This document shows positions 39,061-52,179 of a stretch of 64,000 nt of DNA, piece after piece. This DNA is from Octopus vulgaris (lineage: Eukaryota), in the NCBI GenBank assembly GCA_951406725.2, contig OX597816.1:147808001-147872000 (forward strand), written 5' to 3'. The first letter of the stretch is position 1; the number at the start of each line of letters is the position of its first letter. Under the pieces are notes generated by a model. The model was not told the DNA's origin. It saw only the letters and a program-made list of their open reading frames with translations, and searched no databases. A program made the translations under genes and the position numbers.

Positions 39061-40109
39061 AAGCTTAAAGATACAAAATTCCAACGTTGGAGTACAGATT
39101 AAAAAAATTAAACTTGAGTAAAGTCTTGCATATTTTTACTGTTCTATTTACAGGTTGTATTTATAATGTGCGAATTAGCTGGATGATTTCTTTTTCTGGG
39201 AATTCCAGCTTATCTAGACTGTCACTAAGGCATTTACTCACCAGAGCTATGTGAATTATTGTTATTAATGTGAATTTGTCATCTGGATATAACAGCTTAT
39301 GTTTCAAAGAAGTTGTCCATATTTATCGTCTTGCTTTTTTGATATTGGAAGAGATATACACATTAGCAGAGCACCCGTCCTCTATAACGGTATATACATC
39401 TTCTCGTCGATCCTAAACAACAATATCCGGCCTGTTATGTTTATACTTGTCATTCATGTATGTATGTTTTGCTTAAAATGCATCGATGGGAATGTAATAA
39501 TTCTCATGTGCAATTGAAAAAATCTTTTCAAGAAATTTTAGCAAAATGTTCAATAAATGCGAATAGAATATACTTACATGGCAATAGGAGCCATAATTTC
39601 ATACAATATAATGTAAAAGGATCGTCACTCAAAAAACTCACAGTTTACATATTATGATAAAATAAATATATATTTTCCTCGCGGTTGTAAACAAGTGTGA
39701 CACTTACAGCCAAATGCATATAAGACTTACTTGTTTTTATACATTGCATTCATCATTCATCACCATTGCTCCGATTTAATAAAACCATATTCAAATTTGT
39801 TGACATTTTTATACAGGTCACTCTAGAATATGCATCTACATCTTTCCTATATTTTTTCTTGTGACATTTTGTCAATGCTGAACACACACTTCGCAAAAGT
39901 TAATTGTAATTTTGTATTCGTGAATCTTCCTGTCCATACATGTACCCACAGTAGATATCTATCAGTGACTCATTCTCACAACTGTGGTTTGCTCGTTTGC
40001 TATTTTCCTGATACATGAGAAAAAATATTCTCACATAAACATCTACAATCTTCAAAACATGTGCTCCACCATATTGTACACAAAGGTTTATATATATATG
40101 TTGATTCGT

Positions 40110-40426
<317 letters not shown>

Positions 40427-41120
40427 TGCAGTTTGTAATGCCTATGAAGCGACACTGTTTAAATGAAGAAAGGAGTGACTTCTTGTGCATATTTATGTAT
40501 ATATGTATATATGTAATTACACATGTATATATGTGAATAATTACATCGTAAGCGACATGAGATAGGTTGAGTGATCCGTTTAAAGTCTCTCCCAAAACTT
40601 TCTAGTTTGAATTATGCGGATAAACGATAATGCGGCTGGAACAGTTATTTAATACGCGATGCATTGCTGCATTTGTATTCGGTTATTGATTGTAATTCGG
40701 TTTGATAAATTTATAAGGTCTGGTTGAATAATGGCTATACTAACAGGTACGTGATTTCAGGCAATTAGTGGAATCTAATGAATGATATTCGTTGAGAAAC
40801 GCTATTTATAATTTGTTGTAGGTAAGAAGGGCAAGAAGTTTCAGCAGTACTCAACCTTCTTGCGCTTCTTATCAAACAGAATAAATGTAACTGGTAAACT
40901 GATGCGTGTTTTAGGTATATATTATGGGACATCTCATGCTGTATGATGTGTTGATGTCGCGAATTCTTTTATATTATCCTAGGTTATATCTACTTGAAAA
41001 ATTACGTGCAGATATGTATTGCCATTGTCAATAAAGTGTACTCAGTATAAATACACATAGAAGGAGGTATGTGTATAATGTATGTGAGTATAAAATATAT
41101 TCATATAAGTATGTAAGTAT

Positions 41121-41189
<69 letters not shown>

Positions 41190-41195
<6 letters not shown>

Positions 41196-41910
41196 CTTAA
41201 TCAAAGGACATACTAAGTATGTCTACCTGCTGGAAACAACAGTCAAAACACTAGTTTAAATCGTCGTCAAAATACACTGATAATAACAACAGAAATCAAC
41301 CGTCCGAAGGCAAACGGGCTGAGGCAATATCCAGACGTACAGTGGAGTATTTGGACTCACGTGGACCACTTTTTTGCACTGGCAAAATAGTCTCGGCTTC
41401 CTCACCACGCGCGTTACCATGATAGGAACCCCACAACCTGTTGTGTTGAAGTCTGCGCCACAACTAATTCGTTTTGCGCCGAAATTATGGCAGCCACCAG
41501 TGTGAAAATTCTTTCAATACGGAGCAAATAATTAACGAGGAAAAAATAGCTAACGAAAAGATATTTTGCGAAGATATCGGTCCACGAGAGTCTAAATACT
41601 TGAATGTACGTTGGGAGATTGCCTTAGCCCGTTTGCCTTTGGACGGTTGATTTCCCTAATTATTATCAGTGTATTTTGACAATATAAATTTTGACTGTTA
41701 ATTCCAGTGGGTAAACATACTTAGTATGTCCTTTGATTAATTTCAATCTTTCATCTATTTAATCCTTTTTGGGGAGCCTGCAATTGCCTATATTAGTGAG
41801 TCTGTTATTATCATTTTCAAATTGTTACACTAGATGATAACAGAATCAATGTTATCTTCGCAAAATATGTTTTCTTGAACTATTTTCTTTCTCGTGAATT
41901 ATTTGCTCCA
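41190..41910. mobile_element. Diverged nested inverted-repeat element (B-spacer-A-B'-A')
   Basis: 41190-41367 is the reverse complement of 41579-41747, and 41521-41576 is the reverse complement of 41853-41909. It starts right after (TA)n. Confidence 0.7.
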
Positions 41911-43016
41911 TTTTAATGTCCTCTATTGCATTTTTGTTCCATTTTACACTTATGTATATATATATATAGATATACAGACTGAGAGGTTGATTTGATCGTT
42001 AAGAACATTATAGTATTAGAATTTATCTTCTGACTGTAGATTTTTCTTTTAGTTATTTGGATCTGCTAGTGAGGAGGGAGGGATATTCGGTTGAATGGAG
42101 ACAAAGGGTTTTTCTATTTATAGATATCGAGAATGGTAAAATAAATGTCAAAAGTTATTCATGTTGAAGTTAATGTGGTAGGGGGATTATAGACTAATAA
42201 TGTCTTAGAGGTTGCCTACTACTACTTAGCATTGTAACCTTGTATCAAGAAAACTAAGCCAATACCCTTTTTACAATTAACTAAATGACCTCAATAAACA
42301 TTTGTATCTTATAAAGTTATAGAAAATATAGAGATTCCTTTACTTTTGCATAAATATATATACATATGCATTTGCATTAATATATATAATCGGAATTGGC
42401 TAGTAAGTGGTGATTATTTTAATACGTTGGATTAAAAGAAAATGTTCGAGCATTTTCTTTTAATCCAACTTATTGGACAGTGTAGGAGGTGTGTTTGGGT
42501 GGGGGAAGGAAGAGCAATGTGGAATTGAAAGGAAGTTGTTGTTTCTCTTTCAAAGTTCAGTGGTTTTGGGTATTGGTCTTTAGCGGTCAGAATGGTGTGA
42601 GTCTGGGTGTCTCTGTGTATTTATATATATATATATATATACATACATGTGTGTGTGTTTGTGTGTGGGGGCCGTCTTTGATTGGTCCCAGGGTTTATTG
42701 TGGTGTATGTAAATGTGTCTGTGTGTATATGTGTGCACGTTTGTGTGTGTGTATGTGTTTGTTCAGATGTGTGTATGTGTGCGTCTGTGGGCGCGTGTGT
42801 ATGCTTATGTATTTTTGGATTAGTGGGGATGTTATGTGTGTGTAGGTAAGTGTGTGTGTACATGTGTGTGTGTGTGTATCTCTGTCTTAGTATGTTTGTG
42901 TTGCTATGGTTGTCTTGGTGTTGTGTGTGTGCGTATGTATGTGTGTGTATATGTGCGTCTGTATGTGCGCGCGTGTATGTGAGTGTGTGTTGTGTCTGAG
43001 TATGTCTGTTTTAAAT

Positions 43017-43122
<106 letters not shown>

Positions 43123-43123
43123 G

Positions 43124-43154
<31 letters not shown>

Positions 43155-43157
43155 ATA

Positions 43158-43232
<75 letters not shown>

Positions 43233-43499
43233 GTTGAAGGTATAGAGGATTTCTATCTTCCTATTGAACGAACCATTTTAATCTACAGCGAAAGCGCTGT
43301 AAGTTCTATTTACTGACTTTGGAATGAAAGGCATTGATGAGAATGTTGAAGATACGTTCTCAGTTGCAGATAACTAATGCCTCTATAGAAGACGTCGTTA
43401 TAGTAGAGTTTGTAAATGTTTTTTAGAAATTTTCTAGATTGAAAATGACGGACCTTCTACACGTGAGAGAAAGAAGGCTTATAAAGCAAACCTACTATT

Positions 43500-43763
43500 C
43501 TGTTAGGGGAAGAGGGCGGAGCAGATGAGTAAGGAGACTAGAAGAATAAGAAGAGTAGGAAGAGAAGGAGTAAGGAGTCAAGAAAATGAGTAAGGAGTGA
43601 AGAAGAATAGGAAGTGAAGGAGCAAGAGAAGGATGTGGAGGAGGAGGAGGAGGAGGAGGAGGGGAGGGGGGAGAAAACGAAGAGCAAGGGGTTATGGAAG
43701 AGGAAGGGAATGGAAAAAGAAGGTGCAGGAAGAAAAGCAAGCAGCAGCAGTAGTGGTAGCAGC

Positions 43764-43831
<68 letters not shown>

Positions 43832-44280
43832 AAAAAGAAGAAGAAGAAAAAGAACACGAAGGGGAAGGAGATTTGGAGGATGAAGAGGACAAGATAGAGA
43901 AGGAGAAGGGATGAGAAATAAGAGAAACAAGCAGCAACAGCAGCAGCAGTATTAGAAGAAAAAGGAGAAGAAGAAGAAGATAAACAACAACAATAACAAG
44001 TGGAAGAAGACGTAGAAAAAGAAGAAGAAGAAGAAGAAGAAGAGAAGAAGAAGAAGAAGAAGAAGAAGAACAACAACAACAACAACAACAACAAGAAAAA
44101 GAAGAAGAAGAAGAAGAAGAAGAAGAAGAAGAAGAACAAGAACAAGAACAAGAACAAGAACAAGAAGAAGAAGAAGAAGAAGAAGAAGAAGAAGAAGAAG
44201 AAGAAGAAGAAGAAGAAGAAGAAGAAGAAGAAGAAGAAGAAGAAGAAGAAGAAGAAGAAGAAGAAGAAGAAGAAGAACAT
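43500..44280. repeat. Compound purine-rich microsatellite (GAG/TAG/GAA/CAA)n
   Basis: Direct inspection. Confidence 0.95.
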
Positions 44281-45589
44281 TATGAACAAAAGAAACGATG
44301 AGATGTTGGAAACAGAAATAGGAAGGGCATGGGAAAACGACTCGAATCAGGAACATGTGGAGAGTTTTCGCAGAATTCATCTTCATCCGGAGGGTACTGC
44401 TGATTAATGTTATATTCTCTATGTATATACACGTATTTGTATGAGCTTACTTGCGTATGAATACGCCATGTATGTATGTCTGTTTGTATGTATATACGTA
44501 CGCACGTATATATATATATATATAAGCATGCATGTAGGTATGTATGCACGAGTGCGTGCATGTACATATGGATAACAAGCACTGAAAGGCAACTCCCTCG
44601 TTAACTGTAATATTACCAACAATATGTGCAAAAAGTGCAGCATCCAATGTAGATCTGTTCCGTTGTGGTCAGATATCTATCTATCTATATTCAGTCATTT
44701 ACATTTCAATGGTTGTTATAAAGATGAAGGAGTAAGAGAACACTACTATTATAATAATTCGGAATAAACTCATGACCTTAGTATGCAATCTGATCTCAAC
44801 TTCGTAAGTATGTGACCTCTTATTACCTCAGGGTGAAAATTTCAGCATTTCAGCAAACTTATTAGTGAGGTTCCGTGCTACAATGTAGATTACTTAGATG
44901 TATATATGTATCTATTTTCTTATGGAGGATTATATCCCTCTCCCCCCTCTCTATCTCTCTGTATGTCACCTACTCTATCTCGTTATAATACATATATATA
45001 TATATATATATATATCAGTGAATTTGTAAATGTATGTGCATACATATGTGTGTGTGAATGAATGTTATGCTATAAATATCACTATGTGCATGTTTCATAC
45101 CTATAAATTACACACACACACATACACACACACACATACACACACACATACACAAATAACATACACACAACAGTGTAAGTGGACTCGGCTGTATGTATCC
45201 TTATGTGTGTACCTATATCATTTGTGTGTGTACATATCTATACAAATTCATTCAGATAGATACAATTCTCTGCGTTCTCTCGTTTTACACACACATTTAC
45301 TTTCTTCCATTTTCTCTTCCCTTTCTTTCTTTCTTTAATACATTTTCAGACGTTCTGTTCTCTTCACGATGTCCTTTTCTTCTATCTGCTACAGCGCTTG
45401 AATATATGTGTATGCACACAACTAGTTACACAGATACATATATACACATACATAAACACAAACATACTACACAAGTATGTCTGTACGTGTCTCTATGCAT
45501 ATGAGGTCAAGATGAAAAAATTTAATATATCAGCTAATATAGTTCACTCTAAAACTCTCATTCCTTCCCCCCCTCTCTCTCTGTATATG

Positions 45590-45644
<55 letters not shown>

Positions 45645-45749
45645 TGTTCAAATTTATAGAAAAACCAAAACACGAAGAGAAGTGAGTGAAGAACAAGGAA
45701 GTGTATTAATTTGACGCTCGGGAAAGTGAAAAAGTCTTTTACATTTCAG

Positions 45750-45821
<72 letters not shown>

Positions 45822-46852
45822 TGTGTGTTTCTATATACACACACGTATATATATATACATGATATATATATATATATGTTCGTGTGTGTGTGTAGATATA
45901 TATCTATACTATAATGGAGAAAGCCGCTTAATAATTAGGTATGTAACAATTACTAAGAATAGTAAAAGAAAGGAATTATTAAAGGGTTGACTGTCTGGAA
46001 GCATTTTTATAAATTCCTGTTCTAAGAAATTTCTTATAATTTCGATTTCTCAAGTTTATTGAATTTTTTGCTCCAATTTCTCGCAAATCTGAATATTCAT
46101 CGCATTCTCTATATCCAATTCTTCGCGAATTTAAATATTCATTGCATTCACTGCGGGGCATTCAATTTTCATTTGAAAAGTCTCTCACTTTGTCTTTTAA
46201 TATTTTCAAGTTTGGAAAACCGACAGTTCATTCTATTAATGCATAGGTAATGTAAAAACATTATTTATCAGATGAAAACGTTTTAAAATACGTATAATTT
46301 TTGTTAAACAATTTTTAAGTGATTTTGTTGTTATGGCTGCTTGGAACGCTATAAGCCTTACAATAATAACTATCCAGACCGATTTTGACCATTTTCCTTT
46401 TTAACATAAAATCCATGGGATGAAAGTTTTCGGTAACAAAAAAAAAACAAAACAACTCAATCGTTTTTGCTGTTGTTTTTAGCACAATCCAAATAACCCT
46501 CCTCTTTCATTCTCACTTGTATTGATGTTTTTTCAACACGTTTCTCCCATTAAACACATTTTGTGAAATGTTGATGCCGAAGTAAAACACGCGTGGTTCA
46601 TTGGTAGAAGAAAAACAAAATAAATTGTAATCTAAATTTTTACCCCCATCTGAATAAAGCGAAACCGTATGTATATGTGCAAGAAAAGCCATTTTCTAAC
46701 CGAAAAGTATGCTATTAAAATGAATTATAGCTTACGTAACTCTTTGTTTGTTTGTTTTTTAAATCAACGACAATTGCAGCGTGGAAGATATATGTAAGCC
46801 ATTCAATAACGCACAAAAAGTTAGTTTCACTTCAACATTTAAATTTCATTTG

Positions 46853-46899
46853 TGTCAAAATATTTTCGTCGCTTTGAAACCGCGACATGTTCACTGACA
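46853..46899 (-). ncRNA. Antisense copy of the GUGAACA hammerhead motif
   Basis: Reverse complement reads TGTCA GTGAACA T GTCGC ggtttcaaa GCGAC GAAA ATAT TT TGACA. Confidence 0.65.
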
Positions 46900-46931
46900 A
46901 AAATTCGTGCTACATAACTTTTGTGAAGTTT

Positions 46932-46978
46932 TGTCAGTGAACACGTCGCGGTTTCATAGCGACGAAAATATTTTGACA
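46932..46978 (+). ncRNA. Minimal type I hammerhead motif with core GUGAACA (C3G/G8C swap)
   Basis: TGTCA GTGAACA C GTCGC ggtttcata GCGAC GAAA ATAT TT TGACA, with 5-bp stem I, 5-bp stem II and palindromic AATATT stem III. Confidence 0.65.
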
Positions 46979-48782
46979 CAAATGAAATTTAAATGTTGAA
47001 GTGAAACTAACGTTTTGTGTGTTTTTCAATGGCTTACAAGCATCTTCCATGCTGCAATTGTTTTTACTTTAGCACACGATCTCAGATGAAGTCATTTGCT
47101 ATGCAAGTACATCTCCGTAATTTTATTTTTAAATCACTTTGGATAAATGCCAGCAATGATCTTCTCAGGGTCTCCAATATTTTAATTTTGAAACAGTAAT
47201 AAATCGGGGGCAGGGAGTAGCGTCGCAAAAATTTATAATTTCTTAAATTTTCTTTTTTATAGCATACAAATATATTTATGGGGAGGGATATTAAAAAAAA
47301 CATCAATACATGCGAGAGTAATAAAGAAACACGGAGGGTTGTCTTTGGGTGTGCTAGAAACAGCAGCCAAATTGCCCTTTTAATTATTCATTTTTCTCTC
47401 TGAAAATATTAACAATCTTTTAAAACATTTTATACTGAAAATGCTCTTCCGATGGTTTTGAAGCTCAAAACAAAAAAATTGCCAAAATAGGTCCGGAATG
47501 GATGGTGAGAAGGGGAGCCGATTGCAAAAAACAGTTTTCAAAACATTTATGTGAGAACAGATCAACTTGTTCGTCACCTTTCTTAACTTTTCCAACTCTA
47601 CCTCCTCGTGTATCACGTCTGACGTTTTTCAAGACATCTGTCTCTCTGTCGATTATTTGGTAGAAATATCTTGATTGCAGTATCCACTACTCTTGGTTCC
47701 AACATAGCTACAGCATCCGTAACCCTCCGATTCCATAAAAATTCACTTTGGAGGAAAGAATGACTCAGCTTACTACACAATAAAAACTCTGTCTCGTATC
47801 GTCGACGCTACCTGCAAAAGCACTCATCTCTGCGTTCCACGTATCTCTAGGGTTTGATCCTTGAACAATCGTTTTCTCTTCCTCTAATCTACCACCGCAT
47901 TATTAAATCTGTCCAGCGTGCCATAATATCACAATTCCCATTTCTGAAGCGTGATCCAGCTACTTCCGACCTCGTTACATAGAACTGTAATCTGATGTGA
48001 CACTCTCGCCCACAACACATCATCTACTCAACACAGCCAACACGGGCCTTCAGTAGTCTCATTTTCACTACTTCACCCGTCCGTTCCTTTCAAAACTAAT
48101 ACTTTCATAATCGGACTTAGTACCTACATAGATCTCCAGAAACCTCATTTACTGCAATAAAATGCCAACTATGTTCAATGTTAAATGCATTCCAAGTTGA
48201 GTAGAAAATTTGTTAATATGTTGATCGTGTAATGTAGATATGTAACATTTATGACTCACGGATCACTCGTATCCTGTCATATATCTCTGCGCACACCCGT
48301 TTTTCGCTTCAGAGTGGATATCCCATCTTTCGAATGGAGGTGTGTAACAGACTTTCTACCAGCACCGAAAAATTCAACTTCATGTATTAAATCATTGAAT
48401 CAATTTTTATAGCTATCTGGATTCATATGACTATATACACAGTGGGCCTCTATTCAATAAATGCACAGAAGCACACACAAAAATTTCAATATATCTACAG
48501 AAACACCTGCACATTGCATACACATAGTACATACACCTACGCTTATTCGATATGCTTATACACATATAGCAATGCACACGCGAGCGAACACACACACACA
48601 CACATATGTTGCAAACATGTGCACACATATCGCTGCACACACACATACACACACATACCATTAAGCCCCAGCTCCCTCCACTGACGCTCGTCCATTCACT
48701 TGACATTCAACGATATTCATCTCCTAAACCGTAATTCACTATCCACAAGCACTTAGGAATTATACCATAAGAAAACCTATAT

Positions 48783-48838
<56 letters not shown>

Positions 48839-50219
48839 TAGATACCAGAGCAGGTAAACGCGCACCTATCATATGCACGTACATCATGACACACAAGAGG
48901 TTGCACGCTTATTATGTTTTGTAATGTTCACTCTTTTAACCTTAAAACCTATTTCATACATTCTTTACAAAACAGCAAAGACAACTCGCTCTAAAAGTAA
49001 TAGTATTTTCTATTGGTATTGTTTCAGATGACGTCATTCTTAGTAACGTGACAGATTGTGTACACAGTACGGCCGACTGACAATAGTATCAATACTGATA
49101 ATATAATGTGTACTCTGAGAATAAAGTCACCTTTTCGAAGTTAGATGTAGCATTAAAATAGAAAGTGTCTCTTTAGCCTTGCTGTAGAAATTCTTGAGAC
49201 TAAAATTCAAGAAGCATTGTGTAGTAGTGAGATGTTGGAAACATAAGTAGAGATGTTGGAAATATAAATGGAATAACAGAAAAGAAGATAGTGATAATAA
49301 GACACAGGGACGAGGTGCAGAAGATTACAGTTAATTAAAGACAAAACAAGGCAAACAAAATATTAAAGCCGTATCAGGTTAAAAGAAATAGATACCAATA
49401 ATGAGTAAACCAATATCAGTAGAACTAGCTCTTCAGAAACAATAAAAGTAGAGTTTAGGAGCAGATGAGCAATGAGAATGAACATCAAATGCTGAAGTAG
49501 CAAGGATTTTTGGTCAGATATTTGAAACAAATACCTTCAAAATAACAGGGAATCTGAATGGTTGCAGAAGTTTATCAGTGAAACAAGAAAATAAAGATTC
49601 CACATATAAAATATTGAAAAAGATTCTTCAGAGAATACCAAGTGTGAAAGCCAGCGACCAGATGGTGGAACCCCAACATGTATGACAAAAAGAAGGACAG
49701 TGCTAATATAGAAGGATAAAGAGAATCGGTGGTGGGGGTTTAAATCAGTAATTATAGACTTATAACATTCATAGCTTTTCTCCGGAAATAAAGTGGGCGT
49801 ATAGCCAGAGGAGCAAACGTAATGCAAGGACAAGCCAAGAGAAAACTGATGATCTGTGATATAACAATCGAATGATTTTTATAAGTAGCATAAGAATGAG
49901 AAAGAATTTGTCAAAATATGCTTCCCTCTCCTCTTTATGTATGCTGCAAATCTTAATATTACTTCATATGGCGCATAACCATTGTTTGAAATTTTGACAA
50001 AGACAGGGATTTTAGAGTGAAAAGTTCATCGATCACATCAAGCCTAACACTTTAGTGGTACTATGTTTTATTCACCCCAAGGGGAGGAAAGGAGGTTTTG
50101 ACCACAGCGATTATTTAATTTAGACTGCAATGAGCCAGAAGAAATTCTACTAAGCGTTTTGTTCAACGCACTAACGAGTCAGCCGCCGCTTCAACTTATG
50201 CGGTGTTAAAAAAACCCAT

Positions 50220-50395
50220 TCCCCAAAGGCACAAGGTCTGAAATTTTGTGGGAGAGTCTTTCACTGGTTCTTAATTTATCGACCCCGAAAGGATGAAAGA
50301 CAAAGTCGACCTCAGTGGAATTTGAACTCAGAACACGAAGACAGACGAAATGCCGCTAAACATTTTGCCCGACGAGGTAACGATTCTGCCAGCCA
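50220..50395 (-). mobile_element. tRNA-derived SINE (family of 7673-7896); an older copy is adjacent at ~49980-50190
   Basis: atttatcgaccccgaaaggatgaaagacaaagtcgacctcagtggaatttgaactcagaac...gattctgccagcc. Confidence 0.8.
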
Positions 50396-50868
50396 CCTTA
50401 TGACGTGTATAATAATAACAATAAGAGCTGTATGTTGAAATGAGTAAAAGATAATAATAGAAGAAGCTATATTCCCTCATTATCAGAAACAAATAAACAC
50501 CTAATGGAGTTTATGTTATTGACGGTAAACCAGTAAATATATTGCCACCATATTCAGTTCCTCAATATTCATCCTATTTTATGGCTGTATACATGAGCTT
50601 GTATCTGTGTGTATATGAGTATGCATGGGTGTGAGTGATGGATTATCTAGCAGGTCGATAAGCTGAATAATTTCATGAATGAGCATGCCAAATGGCAGAG
50701 TACCCCGCATTCTCCTGTACGGGCAATGTAGTTTGAAGTATAATAAATGTGACACCGAGTGACAAGGGTAGATATTTGAATTACTGTTACAGTCCGCGTG
50801 GCATGTTTTTGCGGTGCTTCTCTCCACAAAGTGTAACTGAAAGGCGTGTAGTATCCTGAGGTACATGC

Positions 50869-50898
50869 ATTCGGTCAAAATGCCTCACGGTGAAATAC

Positions 50899-50934
<36 letters not shown>

Positions 50935-51179
50935 CTTTGTCACCTCTACCGGTGCTGGTGCGTTTACGTCCACGTAATTTCGCTCGCAGTTCGGCAAAGG
51001 AAGCCCACAGAATGAGTAAGTACAGGGGTAAATTCATCCGACCAAAACTACTCCTTCTGTGGGTTTCCTTTGCCGAACTGCGAGCGAAATTACGTGGACG
51101 TAAACGCACCAGCACCGGTAGAGGGGACAAAGACACACACACACACACATATATATTTCACCGTGAGGCATTTTGACCG

Positions 51180-51182
<3 letters not shown>
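50869..51182. mobile_element. Near-perfect 314-bp foldback (MITE-like) whose arms include a SINE 3' segment and (TG)n
   Basis: attcggtcaaaatgcctcacggtgaaata...ccggtgctggtgcgtttacgtccacgtaatttcgctcgcagttcggcaaagg is mirrored at 51048-51182. Confidence 0.85.
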
Positions 51183-51220
<38 letters not shown>

Positions 51221-51504
51221 CTGTATATATATTAACTAATGAGCGTAGAAAAAATGCTGTCAATCAATTATCATCAATTTAAACAAGTGGTCTAGCATAC
51301 TTTAAAAAAATCCGAAGATTTATAAATTATATTACAATTAATATGAGGAATGACTACTATAGTGGATTCATAATATGCTAAAGATTGCCGTCAAATCGCA
51401 TTACTGAGATTGTTCCTGAGAACAAACTCTTCGTGGTAAGGCGATTTGATGTCTAACTTTAGCATTTTAGGAATCCAGTTTAGTGGTCATTCTCTTATTA
51501 ATTC

Positions 51505-51547
<43 letters not shown>

Positions 51548-51999
51548 CTATGTACGTGTGCATACACGTACATCTGCAGGTACTCTATCCAGATCACAAG
51601 TTCAGGTTTATAAATGTAATTATTGGGGCCCTGGGATATGTAACACACGGCCTAAATACCAATCTTGTGAAATTAGCTTTCTCAAAACCAGAAAGGAGAA
51701 AGCTAATTCGAAGACTGCAGATCCAATCCATCACTGGAACTATAAAAATCTGTAAAGCTTTCCAGAAGTTTATTATTTAAATATATGTGTGAGCATGTTT
51801 AGATACGCAAATATATGCATGAGAATACATTCATAAAGCAAAAGATACAAATCTTCACATATACATACATACATACATACAAAAACACCCTGTTGTTGAT
51901 GTTGAAATTCCGATTAAGGACCCTTGAAGCTAGGTTAGAAACTGGCTCTTTCTGTATTGGCAAGAAATCTTGAAATAAAACGGAACAATGATATATATA

Positions 52000-52063
<64 letters not shown>

Positions 52064-52123
52064 CGTAAATTATGTATATAGTTATATATACTCAGTATAG
52101 GTATATCTATGTATATATGTATG

Positions 52124-52179
<56 letters not shown>

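Larger units (their letters stand above)
46768..47063. mobile_element. Foldback element with ~133-bp arms, each carrying a G3:C8 hammerhead variant
   Basis: 46770-46902 is the reverse complement of 46929-47061; the spacer is ~26 bp. Confidence 0.85.
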
